From Candidatus Aenigmatarchaeota archaeon (lineage in GTDB: Archaea > Aenigmatarchaeota > Aenigmatarchaeia > CG10238-14 > SCSR01): a DNA stretch of 64,000 nucleotides. Location: NCBI GenBank assembly GCA_030615205.1, contig JAUWZS010000001.1, positions 76,993 through 140,992 of the forward strand, read 5' to 3'. Positions 19,502 through 29,553 of the stretch are shown piece after piece. Under the pieces are notes generated by a model. That model made no database searches, had not been told where the DNA came from, and was given only the letters and a program-made list of their open reading frames with translations. The number at the start of each line of letters is the position of its first letter. Positions within the stretch are counted from its first letter, which is position 1. Position numbers and translations under genes: made by a program.

Positions 19502-20122
19502 TCATTTCCAGAATTTTTTAATGACTTTACCTATAATAGTATTTTCTAGATTGCCTATGTAGCCTTTTCTTTCAAGGTATAGCACGATAATAAGGCCCAC
19601 TATAGCAACTGTAAAAAGAATCTCTATGCCAAAACCCAAAGAGCCTAGAATCCCACCAGCTATACTGCCTGCATAAGCCAAAACCAAGCAGCGTGGAATT
19701 GCGCCGATTACAGTTGCTATAAAATAATCACGAAATTTCATAGAGGTAACGCCACTCACATAGCTTATCAGATCGAAAGGGATTACTGGGACAAGTCTTG
19801 TGAAAAGTATTGCTTTTGCACCGTTTTTCGAGACCCATGCATCAACATTGTTTATCCATTTTTCACCAATCATTTTTATAACAATCGGCCTACCACCACG
19901 CCTCGCTATAAAAAATGCAATTACAGAGCCTATTATCAAACCAGTACCGCCGAAGATAAGAACGTCTGATATGTTCATGACTGCTCCTGCGAACATAAGT
20001 AACGCTTCTGACGGTATTGGAGCTATTATAGTCTGCAGCACCATAACAGCCGTTAGACCAAGTTTGCCATATGTTTCGAGCAAAGCAATCAGAGCAGTTT
20101 CAAACAATTTTCTCACACCCAA
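19502..20122 (-). CDS. TVP38/TMEM64 (DedA/VTT) membrane protein
   Basis: APIPSE, TRLVPVIPFDLISY. Confidence 0.88.
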   Translation of the reverse strand: MGVRKLFETALIALLETYGKLGLTAVMVLQTIIAPIPSEALLMFAGAVMNISDVLIFGGTGLIIGSVIAFFIARRGGRPIVIKMIGEKWINNVDAWVSKNGAKAILFTRLVPVIPFDLISYVSGVTSMKFRDYFIATVIGAIPRCLVLAYAGSIAGGILGSLGFGIEILFTVAIVGLIIVLYLERKGYIGNLENTIIGKVIKKFWK

Positions 20123-20161
20123 AGTTTAAATTTTATTTTTGAATTTTTAAAATTGCAGATA

Positions 20162-20283
20162 TAGCCCCGAGCGGATTCGAACCGCTGTCTTCGGGTTTCC
20201 TTCTTCTTTTCGTCATCTTGAAATCAGCGCTTTAGACGCATAAGTCCAAAGCCCGATATCCTTGACCACTAGACTACGGGGCT
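20162..20283 (-). tRNA. tRNA-Gln(UUG) with 49-nt intron at 37/38 (20197-20245)
   Basis: cloverleaf AGCCCCG/CGGGGCT, stem TCGGG/CCCGA, BHB CTTT/AAGG with GGA and AAA bulges; 73 nt after splicing. Confidence 0.95.
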
Positions 20284-20363
20284 ATTCCTATTCTCATATT
20301 TTTAATTTCTATAAAGATATCTTGAGCTTATATTAATTTAGAGTAGAAAAGATAAAACTAATT

Positions 20364-20870
20364 ATGGTTGGTATCGAACTAGGCAGCCAATTCGCAATAT
20401 GGGCGAACACTCTAGGTCTCTCAATGGGTTATTTAGGCATATTTATCATAAGTTTTATCAGCGCAGCAACAATAATTTTTCCAATACCTTCATTTATACT
20501 CGTTTTTACTCTTGGAGCAGTGATGAACCCATGGTTAGTTGGACTTACGGCTGGAATCGGCAATGCGCTCGGCGAACTGACTGGTTACGCATTGGGAAAA
20601 GGTGGGGGGAAAATCCTAGAAAAAAAGTACAGGAAAAAAACTGAAAAATACAGAAAATGGTTCAAAAAAGATAGAGTATTTCCTTTGATCATTTTGTTTG
20701 CTGCGACTCCGTTGCCAGATGATATTGTTGGTGTAATATGTGGGATGTTTAATTACGATTTAAAAAAGTTTATTGTAGCTTCGCTCATAGGCAAAATTGT
20801 AATGAATCTGGCACTTGCTTGGGGAGGTTATTACGGAATAAGATTTATTTTAAGTGTTTTTGGCGGATAA
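20364..20870 (+). CDS. DedA/VTT-domain membrane protein
   Basis: FPIP, GELTGYALG, ATPLPDD. Confidence 0.85.
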   Translation: MVGIELGSQFAIWANTLGLSMGYLGIFIISFISAATIIFPIPSFILVFTLGAVMNPWLVGLTAGIGNALGELTGYALGKGGGKILEKKYRKKTEKYRKWFKKDRVFPLIILFAATPLPDDIVGVICGMFNYDLKKFIVASLIGKIVMNLALAWGGYYGIRFILSVFGG

Positions 20871-20871
20871 A

Positions 20872-21216
20872 ATGCCCTACAAACAAGTAATTGTTCTCAG
20901 AAAAGATTTGAAATTGGGATTTGGTAAAGCTGTTTCACAGGCGTGCCATGCTTCTCTAGGTGCTATGAAAAAAACTGATAGACGAATTGTTAAAAAGTGG
21001 GAGAGCGAAGGAGCAAAAAAAGTTATTCTGAAAATCAGTAGTTTGAGTAGCTTGAATGGCATTAGGAGAAAAGCAGTTTCTGCTAAGCTGTCACACTTTG
21101 TTGTCAGAGATGCTGGACTTACACAAATAAAGAAAGGGACTGTTACGTGCATCAGCATCGGACCGGCTGAAGAAAAGAAAATAGACAAAATAACAAAAAA
21201 TTTGAAATTACTTTAA
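20872..21216 (+). CDS. pth2: peptidyl-tRNA hydrolase 2
   Basis: KQVIVLRKDL, GKAVSQACHA, DAGLTQ, IGP. Confidence 0.95.
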   Translation: MPYKQVIVLRKDLKLGFGKAVSQACHASLGAMKKTDRRIVKKWESEGAKKVILKISSLSSLNGIRRKAVSAKLSHFVVRDAGLTQIKKGTVTCISIGPAEEKKIDKITKNLKLL

Positions 21217-21223
21217 CATTTAG

Positions 21224-21883
21224 TTAACACTTAATATGCTTTTCAAGATCTTCTGCTGGTGTTAGGCCTTGAAAGACATGTTCTTCATCGATTATTACCG
21301 CAGGGAATTTCATTATAGCATGCTGTCTTAAAACTAGATTAATAGATTCTAAATCAACATCAGCTGTAAGTGGTATCAACATCATACCTCTCCCACATCT
21401 TTCTTTAAGGTCGAGTAATATTGCAGATTGTAGTTCATTTTCTATCCCTTCTTCATTAGTCAAATCTTTTCTTTTGGATAGATGAACTACGTTAGAGTAA
21501 TCAAAATTACATTTCTCTTTCAATTCGATTGAGTTAAGCCAAAACTGAAATTGAAGCAAAACATACTTCCTCCACTCCTGCTCAACCTCGGGTGTAAAAG
21601 TTGTCGCTTCTATTTCTTTCTCAATCTCGCTGCCGTATCTATAAATTCTATCATTGTAAGCTAGATTCTCTTCAAAAGCAGATTCGCACTCATCCCCGCC
21701 CAATTTTCCTATGTAGATATTCAACAGTCTTGTATCTTCCCATATTATTTCGCTCTCGCCAAGTCCTTTTTTAATCTCACTTATTCTAACATTGTCTATC
21801 AACACACCAATCATTACTCCTATTAAAAAGATGAAAATTGTCAAAACAAGTGATCTAGTGTAAACATTCATTTCGTTAGCCAA
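21224..21883 (-). CDS. hypothetical membrane-anchored protein, possible thioredoxin-like C-terminus
   Basis: N-terminal TM; FPAVIID...FQG. Confidence 0.65.
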   Translation of the reverse strand: MANEMNVYTRSLVLTIFIFLIGVMIGVLIDNVRISEIKKGLGESEIIWEDTRLLNIYIGKLGGDECESAFEENLAYNDRIYRYGSEIEKEIEATTFTPEVEQEWRKYVLLQFQFWLNSIELKEKCNFDYSNVVHLSKRKDLTNEEGIENELQSAILLDLKERCGRGMMLIPLTADVDLESINLVLRQHAIMKFPAVIIDEEHVFQGLTPAEDLEKHIKC

Positions 21884-23097
21884 CCCCTTTCTCCTTTATA
21901 ATATTTATAAATCGCATGTAAATTAACAAATGAATAAAGTATTGGATATATAAAAAGAAATATTGGGATGTCATACCATTTAGCTCTCCACTTGTGCAAG
22001 CTGAATGAAATTTTTATTAAAGTTAGGGCAGTAAAAAATACAAGTAGCCCGAGAATTATTTTAAAGTCTATGTAATATGCGAATTCCAATCTCGAAAATG
22101 GGTCTAATCCAAATGAAAAAGACTTGAGTGAATATGCAAAAAAGTCAAATGCTCTCAATATAAGCAAATAAAGAAAAACGCCAATCCCTATTATCGATGA
22201 CGAGTAACCAATAAAGGAGGTCGGCACTAAAAAGCTGCCAACAGCATGATGCTTGCCGCCTATAGTTGATTTATACTTTGAAAACGTTTGAATCCCTCCA
22301 ATTGACCATCTAACCCTTTGTCTCCACCATCTCTTAAAGGAATTTGGATATAGGCTATAAACAAGCGCACCGAAAGCCATCTTAATCTTATATCCGCTCT
22401 TAAGTATCCTCCAAGCAATTTCAACATCCTCAATCAGATTTTTTTCATCAAACCCGCCTATTTTTTTCAGAACATCTTTTCTGTAAACACTCAATGGTCC
22501 TGGAGTAGCCCAAATTACATTTGCATATTCTTCTAATTTTCTTGTAACAGAAATTATCATAAGTTCAATGTTCTGCATTCTTTCCCAGAAACTCTTTTTT
22601 CTGCTGCATAAAATATGAGAAGTGACAGCAGCAACTTCATCGCTATCAAAATGTTTCATACACTCTTTTAAAGCATTTTTATCCAAAAAACTATCTGCGT
22701 CCATTACTGCAATAAACTCGTTTTTGGCTTTTTTAATCCCAAAGTTTAGAGCAGATGCTTTCCCGCCATTTTTCTTAGTGAAAAGTTTTAACCCTTTAAT
22801 TCTGAATTTCGTTATCGCCTTTTTTACTATATCGTAAGTTCTATCTGTGCTCCCGTCATCTACAACAATAATCTCAAGCTTATTTCGAGGGTAATTTATA
22901 TTTTTTATTTTTCTTAAAGTTTCCTCAATAATCTCTTCTTCGTTGTAAGCAGGTATTATCAAACTAATGGGAGGTATAATTTTAAGTTTCTTCTTCAGAA
23001 AGATTTTCCCCTTATTTTCAAACCAAAGGTTAATATGAAGCATTATGAAAAATGTTGCAAAAAACAACAATACCAGGTAAACTATGTCAAATATCAT
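21868..23097 (-). CDS. GT2 membrane glycosyltransferase (processive type)
   Basis: IPAYNEE, DDGSTD, DAD, ED, QRVRW (QxxRW). Confidence 0.92.
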   Translation of the reverse strand: MIFDIVYLVLLFFATFFIMLHINLWFENKGKIFLKKKLKIIPPISLIIPAYNEEEIIEETLRKIKNINYPRNKLEIIVVDDGSTDRTYDIVKKAITKFRIKGLKLFTKKNGGKASALNFGIKKAKNEFIAVMDADSFLDKNALKECMKHFDSDEVAAVTSHILCSRKKSFWERMQNIELMIISVTRKLEEYANVIWATPGPLSVYRKDVLKKIGGFDEKNLIEDVEIAWRILKSGYKIKMAFGALVYSLYPNSFKRWWRQRVRWSIGGIQTFSKYKSTIGGKHHAVGSFLVPTSFIGYSSSIIGIGVFLYLLILRAFDFFAYSLKSFSFGLDPFSRLEFAYYIDFKIILGLLVFFTALTLIKISFSLHKWRAKWYDIPIFLFIYPILYSFVNLHAIYKYYKGERGWLTK

Positions 23098-23187
23098 TTT
23101 ATCAACTAAGATTAATATTCAGCTAAAGTATTAAAAAAGTTATTTTATTACCCACTTTTGACAAAATCTAGACTACAAGCTCAAAAA

Positions 23188-23766
23188 CTACTCAAGTTCA
23201 ATACCCAATACAATCATCAAGAACTTTATTGTCGCCAAATCTAATTCTTCATAAGTCTTTCCAGATATGTAGGTGACATGTCCTTCATTCCGGACAGCAG
23301 TTTCATTTGCATATATTGGGTGCACAAGAGCTATTATTGGATTTTGTATTTTACCAGGTAGGTGCGCATATTGCTCAACAGTTTCAACATTAAATGTTGG
23401 CACTTCGAACGTGCTCCCTTCTTCTGACCCGACTAAGCTCATATAAGCAAGTTTCATTTTGTACGTTATTTCAAAAGCCTCTATTGCATAATAACCATAT
23501 TCGCCTGCATCTTTGTAAGCAATTGTCACATTTTTGACTAATGGGTGCATTGTATCGAGGTAGACCTGTGTCTCGCCTGGATAAACAGGAACCTTATTCG
23601 CTTCGCGTAAGTCGGCACGAAAAGTAAGCACTAGTCCTTTATAATTCCAAGTATTTATCGGTTTTGGCACGAAAAATTCGTAATAAAAAAATGAGCTGAC
23701 TATAACCACTAAAACAACTATGAAGATTAAAATCTTTTTTGAAAGTTTAATTTTTATTTTGGCCAT
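23188..23766 (-). CDS. hypothetical membrane-anchored protein
   Basis: N-terminal TM, 192-aa ORF. Confidence 0.65.
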   Translation of the reverse strand: MAKIKIKLSKKILIFIVVLVVIVSSFFYYEFFVPKPINTWNYKGLVLTFRADLREANKVPVYPGETQVYLDTMHPLVKNVTIAYKDAGEYGYYAIEAFEITYKMKLAYMSLVGSEEGSTFEVPTFNVETVEQYAHLPGKIQNPIIALVHPIYANETAVRNEGHVTYISGKTYEELDLATIKFLMIVLGIELE

Positions 23767-23915
23767 ATTAATCAGCCTTAATTTAGTTGGGCGTAACCAA
23801 ACGACTAATATATCTTATACCTTATAATGAACTCTCAAAATTAAATTGTTTTTGAATTTTGAAAAAAGAAAAAAAAGGAAAAAGTTGTCAAACTTTTCCT
23901 TCAGACTGCGTAAGT

Positions 23916-26276
23916 TTACACTGCAGTAACAGTCGGTGCTCCAACTGTACCAGTAACTTCGACTGACGAAGCTGTTATGCCTGCCAGTTTAGTATCGTAC
24001 AGTTGCAACGCAGATGCTGCTACGCGTGTATCCTCTGCACGTGTTCCTGCTACTACTAACACTACTTTGCCTGTTGCAAATCCGTCATCTATAGCGCTGA
24101 TGAGACCAAAGTCTCTTCCAGGCCATGAATCACATGTGTAGTCGAACAAGTCTGCATCGGCCAGTTCATCTACCAAATCGTTGACACATGGTCCACCGAC
24201 TAAGATGACGTGTTTTGCTGTTTTCAAAGCAGTCATCTCTGTGTCTAGCTTGGCTATTGCTGATGTTATCGGTATTGATGGATAGTCTGTGTATTCAACA
24301 GTACCTGCGGCTGTTGCTTCTCCAGTCAACTTACCAATGTAGGCCTTGACTTTCAAAGTCTGTGCTGGTACCTTCACCTTCACATCTTGTGCTGGTGAAT
24401 ATGAAGCTGGAGCTAATACTATGTTTCCACCGTCTGTCACAACATCCTGTGATGCTACTCCTATATCTACCTTCTGAGCTGTTCCGTCTAAGTCTGTTGA
24501 ATAGACTTGAACGTCCTTAGCTTCACCGGAAGTAGCAGAATACAACCTGAATGTTGGTGCAGCGGATGCACTCCACGTAGTTGTCTTGTTCACATAGTTA
24601 ATCATCACTGAGTTCGCGTTTCCATTGGCTCCACCTGTTGGACCAAGCGTAAAGTTCTGGAACAAGCTTGCTAGAGCGCCATTCACAGTAGTTGAGTTCC
24701 CGGGAGTCGTTATGTTTACGTACAGATACTGTCTGTCTCCTACAGCTGCTCCGTTACCGTAGCTTATAGTGAAGTTGAATTCGAAGCCATCGTCGACGGC
24801 GCTTGTGATCGGTTTATAGTACGTACCATCTGAAAGATCCACTGCTATTCTGCTGTTGACCGAGTCCCAGAATCCTACCATTACTGGGTAACTGCCATTA
24901 GCAAGAGTGTAGTTGAACAGAATATACGCTTTGTTATATCCGTTGGTTCCTTTCACTATGCTTCCAGCTATATCTGCTGATATCTCTATACCGTTCAGGT
25001 TTGAAGCTGCTATTGTTGAGTTAGTCGCTCCTGTCATGCCATCGTCCCAATAGGCACTCTTGCCAGATACATCACTAAAGGTTAGAGTAACGAATGTGTC
25101 GTAATTCCAACCTGAGTCTAGGAATCCAATCTCAGCGAAATCGTTTGGCAACGTTATCTTCGGATCGGAATCTGTCATTTTGATGTACTTTATAGACGTA
25201 GGCTTGTACACGACTTCTATTTTGTCGTTGACTGTTATGTTTCCAGCTGTATTTATAGTTGTCGCTTGTATGCACCATTCAGTCTCCCCTGGGAACCTGA
25301 AATCACTTGTACCAGTCCCAGATATATCACAAGTTGCTGGATAGATTTTTTCTACAGCGTTGATTTCACCGACAACTAAGTCGGCCCCAACGATAGTTCC
25401 ATCCTGCAACGCTCTTACAGCTGTTACTTTGATTGTCAAACTAGCGGCAGTTGAAGTTTTATCGCTGCCCTGATTGATTACCAAAGTGTCAACCGTGTTA
25501 TCAGCTGCATCCTTGACTATTACTCTTGCCCAACCATCATTGTTACCCAAATCTGAGTAGACAGAGTAATCTCCATATACAACTGGTGTGGTTGCTGTAG
25601 CTGTTCCAACTTCTCCTGTCAACATCTTTACTTGGTTCACTCCAAGACCAACGATTACGAAGGCCTTGTCAAGTAGTTCGATGTTAATTGGATATGTGTA
25701 TTCTGGATTAGTTAGGGTACCGTAAGTGGCTGTTTTCGATCCCAGATCTAATGCTTTCTTGAAGACATATTGATACCTTAGGACATTGGTCGGAATGACT
25801 AATGACTGAGTACCGTTTATGCCTGTTGTTCCAAAGTCGTGTGTAGTATATATTGACTCAGCGCTAAGAGATATCGCCTCGTAATAGTCGTAGCTGTTGC
25901 TAGCCCATGTAAACGTACTCGTTTCGAGTGCGCTATAGTGGAAGCCTCTTACTGCACTGGCAAAGGAGTCATTTAGATAACTTCTTTTTATGCCTATTGT
26001 GTTTTTCGTAACGCCATCTACTGTTACAGCTGTGCCTGGACATTCCTCGCTTACAGTGCTCTCGCCGACTTCTGCAAGTCTTGAAGCAAGATTAACTGCA
26101 CCGACAACGTCGTCAACCGCAGCATCTGAACCTATTACTACGTACGCGTCCAAAGTCCCGTCAGTTCCTGCTAGGAAACCTGGATAGTCTCCCAAAGCTG
26201 TAGCTGCTAGGACTGGACTTGCTATTGTTAGTAGTGTCATTAACGCAGTCATAAATCCTGCGATTAATTTTTTCAT
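23916..26276 (-). CDS. S-layer protein (Methanococcus/Thermococcus S_layer_N/C type)
   Basis: signal peptide; VVIGSDAAVDDVVGA N-motif; ILVGGPCVN...VAGT...DTR C-motif; many sequons. Confidence 0.9.
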   Translation of the reverse strand: MKKLIAGFMTALMTLLTIASPVLAATALGDYPGFLAGTDGTLDAYVVIGSDAAVDDVVGAVNLASRLAEVGESTVSEECPGTAVTVDGVTKNTIGIKRSYLNDSFASAVRGFHYSALETSTFTWASNSYDYYEAISLSAESIYTTHDFGTTGINGTQSLVIPTNVLRYQYVFKKALDLGSKTATYGTLTNPEYTYPINIELLDKAFVIVGLGVNQVKMLTGEVGTATATTPVVYGDYSVYSDLGNNDGWARVIVKDAADNTVDTLVINQGSDKTSTAASLTIKVTAVRALQDGTIVGADLVVGEINAVEKIYPATCDISGTGTSDFRFPGETEWCIQATTINTAGNITVNDKIEVVYKPTSIKYIKMTDSDPKITLPNDFAEIGFLDSGWNYDTFVTLTFSDVSGKSAYWDDGMTGATNSTIAASNLNGIEISADIAGSIVKGTNGYNKAYILFNYTLANGSYPVMVGFWDSVNSRIAVDLSDGTYYKPITSAVDDGFEFNFTISYGNGAAVGDRQYLYVNITTPGNSTTVNGALASLFQNFTLGPTGGANGNANSVMINYVNKTTTWSASAAPTFRLYSATSGEAKDVQVYSTDLDGTAQKVDIGVASQDVVTDGGNIVLAPASYSPAQDVKVKVPAQTLKVKAYIGKLTGEATAAGTVEYTDYPSIPITSAIAKLDTEMTALKTAKHVILVGGPCVNDLVDELADADLFDYTCDSWPGRDFGLISAIDDGFATGKVVLVVAGTRAEDTRVAASALQLYDTKLAGITASSVEVTGTVGAPTVTAV

Positions 26277-26480
26277 TTTATATTACCTTTTTTTTATATT
26301 ACCTTTTTTTCCTTTACCACAGCGAGATTTCGCCAACCGAGCATAAGCTCAGAAGTCGATAACCCACTGTGCTTGGGATTTTCTAAAATAAAATTCGTTT
26401 TACATGGTATATAAAAATTGAATGAAACGATTTACGAAGCCCTGAAACTGTTTCATCAAAGCCTTGTAAACACTATAATA
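26277..26480 (-). promoter_or_regulatory. S-layer promoter and leader: duplicated RBS, 5' hairpin, TATA box, palindromic operators
   Basis: AAAAAGGTAATATAAA x2; CACAGTGGG/CTCGCTGTG stem; TTTATATA near 26409-26416; TGAAACTGTTTCA at 26443-26455. Confidence 0.6.
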
Positions 26481-26637
26481 TAGCTTTCTAAAAGTCCTAA
26501 TAGTTTCTAAAAGTATTCTAAGCTTCTATTTTCAATAATAACGGGTTAAATAGCTCATAATCTCCTAAATTTTAGCTTTCTTTAAATCTCCTCTGAAACG
26601 ATAATTTACAACCGTCACTCACAGATTTCGAATAAAA

Positions 26638-27588
26638 TCAAATTTTTAATTTCTTTTTGACCAGCTTTAATCTGTTCGTCCTTCCTCTTCTTTCTACTTC
26701 CAAAAGCCCACGCTCTGCTAGGGTTTTGACAACACGACTAACTTTTGCTTTTGATAGATTTGTTAGTTGGACTACCCGCTTCTGCTTAACTTCACCCTCT
26801 CTTATTATTATATCTATCACTTTACGCTCGTATTCATCCAGCACTGAAAGGACCAGACTCTCCGATTTTCTTAGATAACGAACGAATATAAATCCTATGA
26901 CAACAGCAAAACTTGCGCCCAAAAGAATGAAATGTCTCATCCTAAGTTCAAACCAAGGAGGAGGTGTAACTTGTTCGTAAAGAACTTCAAACTTAAGCAG
27001 CTCTGCTGCTGGAATATTGTAAAGTTTCCATATTACAATTATAGTATCGCCTACGATATGTGCAGATGCACTTTTTGGATACGAAAGTACGCTAGAGCTT
27101 ATATCTTCGCCGACAAGGAGAGCGCCATGTGGAAGCTTAAGAGTTGCAGAAACATCTGCCACAGCTATATGCGGACTCAAATCTCCACTAAAATAGAATT
27201 TATCGTCAAGCGTTTTAACGAAGTCAGTTGTCGTAAAATTTATTTGCAATTCTTTTTTTGTTTCTGTAAGATTCATTTCGCAACTTATTGAACTCGTCCC
27301 GCTTATGTCAACTTTACAATCAACTGGACCAGCATTGCTCGTAGCCTCAAAATTCTCAATACGACCAATAACATTGAATGAAAAATATCTTTCCAGTTCT
27401 CTAAAAGTTAAAACAAGTTGAATATCGCTTTTGCCTTCTTCATCAAGTTCTATATCAATTTTGTAGAACTGTATATCTGAACTAGCAGAAACCAAAGTTG
27501 ATACGGATAGAAGAGTAATCGAGATAACCAAAATTAGTATCAAAAGATTGAATACTATTCCAATATCAGCTAATTTTCTGCTGCTCAC
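26638..27588 (-). CDS. membrane-anchored wHTH transcriptional regulator with extracellular domain
   Basis: signal/TM, beta-rich exodomain, TM, then QKRVVQLTNLSKAKVSRVVKTLAERGLLEVERRGRTN. Confidence 0.85.
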   Translation of the reverse strand: MSSRKLADIGIVFNLLILILVISITLLSVSTLVSASSDIQFYKIDIELDEEGKSDIQLVLTFRELERYFSFNVIGRIENFEATSNAGPVDCKVDISGTSSISCEMNLTETKKELQINFTTTDFVKTLDDKFYFSGDLSPHIAVADVSATLKLPHGALLVGEDISSSVLSYPKSASAHIVGDTIIVIWKLYNIPAAELLKFEVLYEQVTPPPWFELRMRHFILLGASFAVVIGFIFVRYLRKSESLVLSVLDEYERKVIDIIIREGEVKQKRVVQLTNLSKAKVSRVVKTLAERGLLEVERRGRTNRLKLVKKKLKI

Positions 27589-27720
27589 GATTGATCAACC
27601 CACTAAATATAAAATGTGTATAATTAACTTTTATATTAACTTTTATTCTTATCGAAGACACTTGAGACGTATCGAAATAAACTAATGAGCTATTGCTATT
27701 TATTGTTTTTCTACTAAGGA

Positions 27721-28755
27721 TTAATGTTCGACTAAAATATCTATATTGGCACCGCAATATGGGCATCTATCCTTTACTAGATTTATTTTTTCTATTCTTG
27801 TCCCGAATCGTTTTATCAGCAGCTCTCTACAGTTGTAACAATATGTATTTTCATACTCGTGTCCAGGTATATTCCCTATATACACATACCGAAGCCCCAT
27901 CTTACTGGCCTCTGTCACACATTTTTCAAGGGTCGAGACTGGTGTTTTTGGCAGTTCCATAAGCTTATAGCTTGGATGGAATTGTATAATGTGGAAAGGT
28001 ATACTCGAACTTAAGTTTGTGTTTATGTGCTCAGCAAACTTTTTACAAAGCTCTATGTTATCTCCTATTTGCGGTATTATGAGGTTTGTTATTTCAAGGG
28101 ATATCCTCTGTTTCTTTATTCGCTTCAATGCAGCGTATATCGGTTTGACATCTGGGACAGACATGAATTTTTTATAGAACTCTGGATCTAACGATGCTTT
28201 TATGTCTACAACTGCTGCATCAAGATATTTCGATATTTTCTTAATCGCATCATCAGTTATATAACCGTTCGTAACAAAGACGTTCATTATATTGCTGCGC
28301 TTTGCGAGTTTAGCAGTTTTATACGCAAATTCGAAGAATATTGTAGGCTCTGTGTAAGTATAAGCTATGCTTTTACAGTTATTCTTCTCAGCCAATTTTA
28401 CTATATCTTCTGGGGTGTAGGTCTGGCCTTTAATCTCTCCCTGCTCATCTATGTTTTGGCTTATCTCCCAATTATCGCAAAACTGGCATCTGAAATTGCA
28501 TCCGGCCGCGGCTATGGAAAGAGACTTTGAGCCAGGATAAAAATGAAAAAAGGGCTTTTTCTCTATAGGATCCACATTAACAGCCACCAGCTTACCATAA
28601 TTTAGTGTATAAAGAATATTGTCTTTATTAATCCGAACGCGACAGAATCCTCTTTTACCCTTTGCGATGAAGCAATGCCTAGCACAAAGATTACATCTTA
28701 CACCATTTCTTTCCTTAGCCCACAACATAGCTTCTTGCAGCTTTTCTTTAACCAT
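27721..28755 (-). CDS. amrS: AmmeMemoRadiSam system radical SAM enzyme
   Basis: CNLCARHC, VDPIEKKPFFHF, GCNFRCQFCDNWEISQ, YTYTEP, C-terminal Zn ribbon. Confidence 0.92.
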   Translation of the reverse strand: MVKEKLQEAMLWAKERNGVRCNLCARHCFIAKGKRGFCRVRINKDNILYTLNYGKLVAVNVDPIEKKPFFHFYPGSKSLSIAAAGCNFRCQFCDNWEISQNIDEQGEIKGQTYTPEDIVKLAEKNNCKSIAYTYTEPTIFFEFAYKTAKLAKRSNIMNVFVTNGYITDDAIKKISKYLDAAVVDIKASLDPEFYKKFMSVPDVKPIYAALKRIKKQRISLEITNLIIPQIGDNIELCKKFAEHINTNLSSSIPFHIIQFHPSYKLMELPKTPVSTLEKCVTEASKMGLRYVYIGNIPGHEYENTYCYNCRELLIKRFGTRIEKINLVKDRCPYCGANIDILVEH

Positions 28756-28807
28756 TATGAATCGCCTGAAAGCTCGACCTAGTTACCTGTTTAATCGCCA
28801 GACAGAA

Positions 28808-28870
28808 CTAAGTATTAGCTAAGTACTAGCTAAGAATCAACAAACCGTCATACAGAGTACCGTCATACAG
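28808..28870. repeat. short tandem repeats (CTAAGTAyTAG x2.5; ACCGTCATACAG x2)
   Basis: read directly from sequence. Confidence 0.7.
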
Positions 28871-28930
28871 GCAAACCACCAACAAAGTTAAATATTATAT
28901 TGGCTCTTCATAGTAATATAGATTAACTAC

Positions 28931-29025
28931 GCCTCAGTAGCTCAGTTGGTAGAGCACCTGAAATAAAAATAAATTTGGTGAATCTCGTAAACAGGAGGTC
29001 GTGGGTTCAATGCCCACCTGAGGCT
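28931..29025 (+). tRNA. tRNA-Thr(CGU) with 22-nt intron at non-canonical 30/31 (28961-28982)
   Basis: GCCTCAG/CTGAGGC; BHB GAG-CACC-TGA...GGTG-AAT-CTC; spliced CCTGT-CTCGTAA-ACAGG; 73 nt. Confidence 0.93.
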
Positions 29026-29063
29026 TAAAAATACAAAGGCAAAAGAACATCGGAGGTCTAAAA

Positions 29064-29372
29064 ATGGAGATAGTGTTACATGTTAAAGGTAAAGAGTTCA
29101 CAAATTTTAAAGAAAAACTGCTTGGAGACGAAATCGTAAATCGTGCTAGTATTGTCTTTAAAGATGCGAAGCAATTTGGTAAGGATAGCGGCTACTTTTG
29201 CATACTCAGCGGCACTGAAGACAGATGCAAACGCGCGATAAAACTAACAAAAGACGAGGATGGAAATGAATTAGCGAAAGAAATAGTCGGAGAGGAAAAA
29301 GAAAAAATACTAAAAAAGATAAAAGAAGAAGAAGATAAAGCAATTGAGGGATTTGGCAACATACTTGGTTGA
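29064..29372 (+). CDS. conserved hypothetical archaeal protein
   Basis: GGAGGT RBS; C-terminal EEEDKAIEGFGNILG. Confidence 0.75.
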   Translation: MEIVLHVKGKEFTNFKEKLLGDEIVNRASIVFKDAKQFGKDSGYFCILSGTEDRCKRAIKLTKDEDGNELAKEIVGEEKEKILKKIKEEEDKAIEGFGNILG

Positions 29373-29391
29373 ATTACGTGGCAATCACAAA

Positions 29392-29466
29392 GCGGTGATG
29401 GTCCAGCCTGGTCTAAGATTCGGCCCTGCCACGGCCGCGACGCGGGTTCAAATCCCGCTCACCGCA
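29392..29466 (+). tRNA. tRNA-Gly(GCC), intronless
   Basis: GCGGTGA/TCACCGC, CT-GCC-AC loop, GGTTCAAATCC. Confidence 0.96.
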
Positions 29467-29553
29467 TTTTTTCTGGCAGAATAAGATAAATAGTGAAAAC
29501 TTATATTCAAAATAAACAGAAATTAATTTAGTAGGGTTTATTGAGGGAGACAC

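Noticed and set aside
28808-28870. Direct repeats as a mini-CRISPR or attachment site near tRNA-Thr
   Set aside because: Units are 11-12 nt with 0-3-nt spacers, do not match a tRNA 3' end, and no integrase is present.
28931-28955. Near-identity between the 28931 and 51446 regions as a mobile-element target duplication
   Set aside because: Both are complete tRNA-Thr isoacceptor genes.
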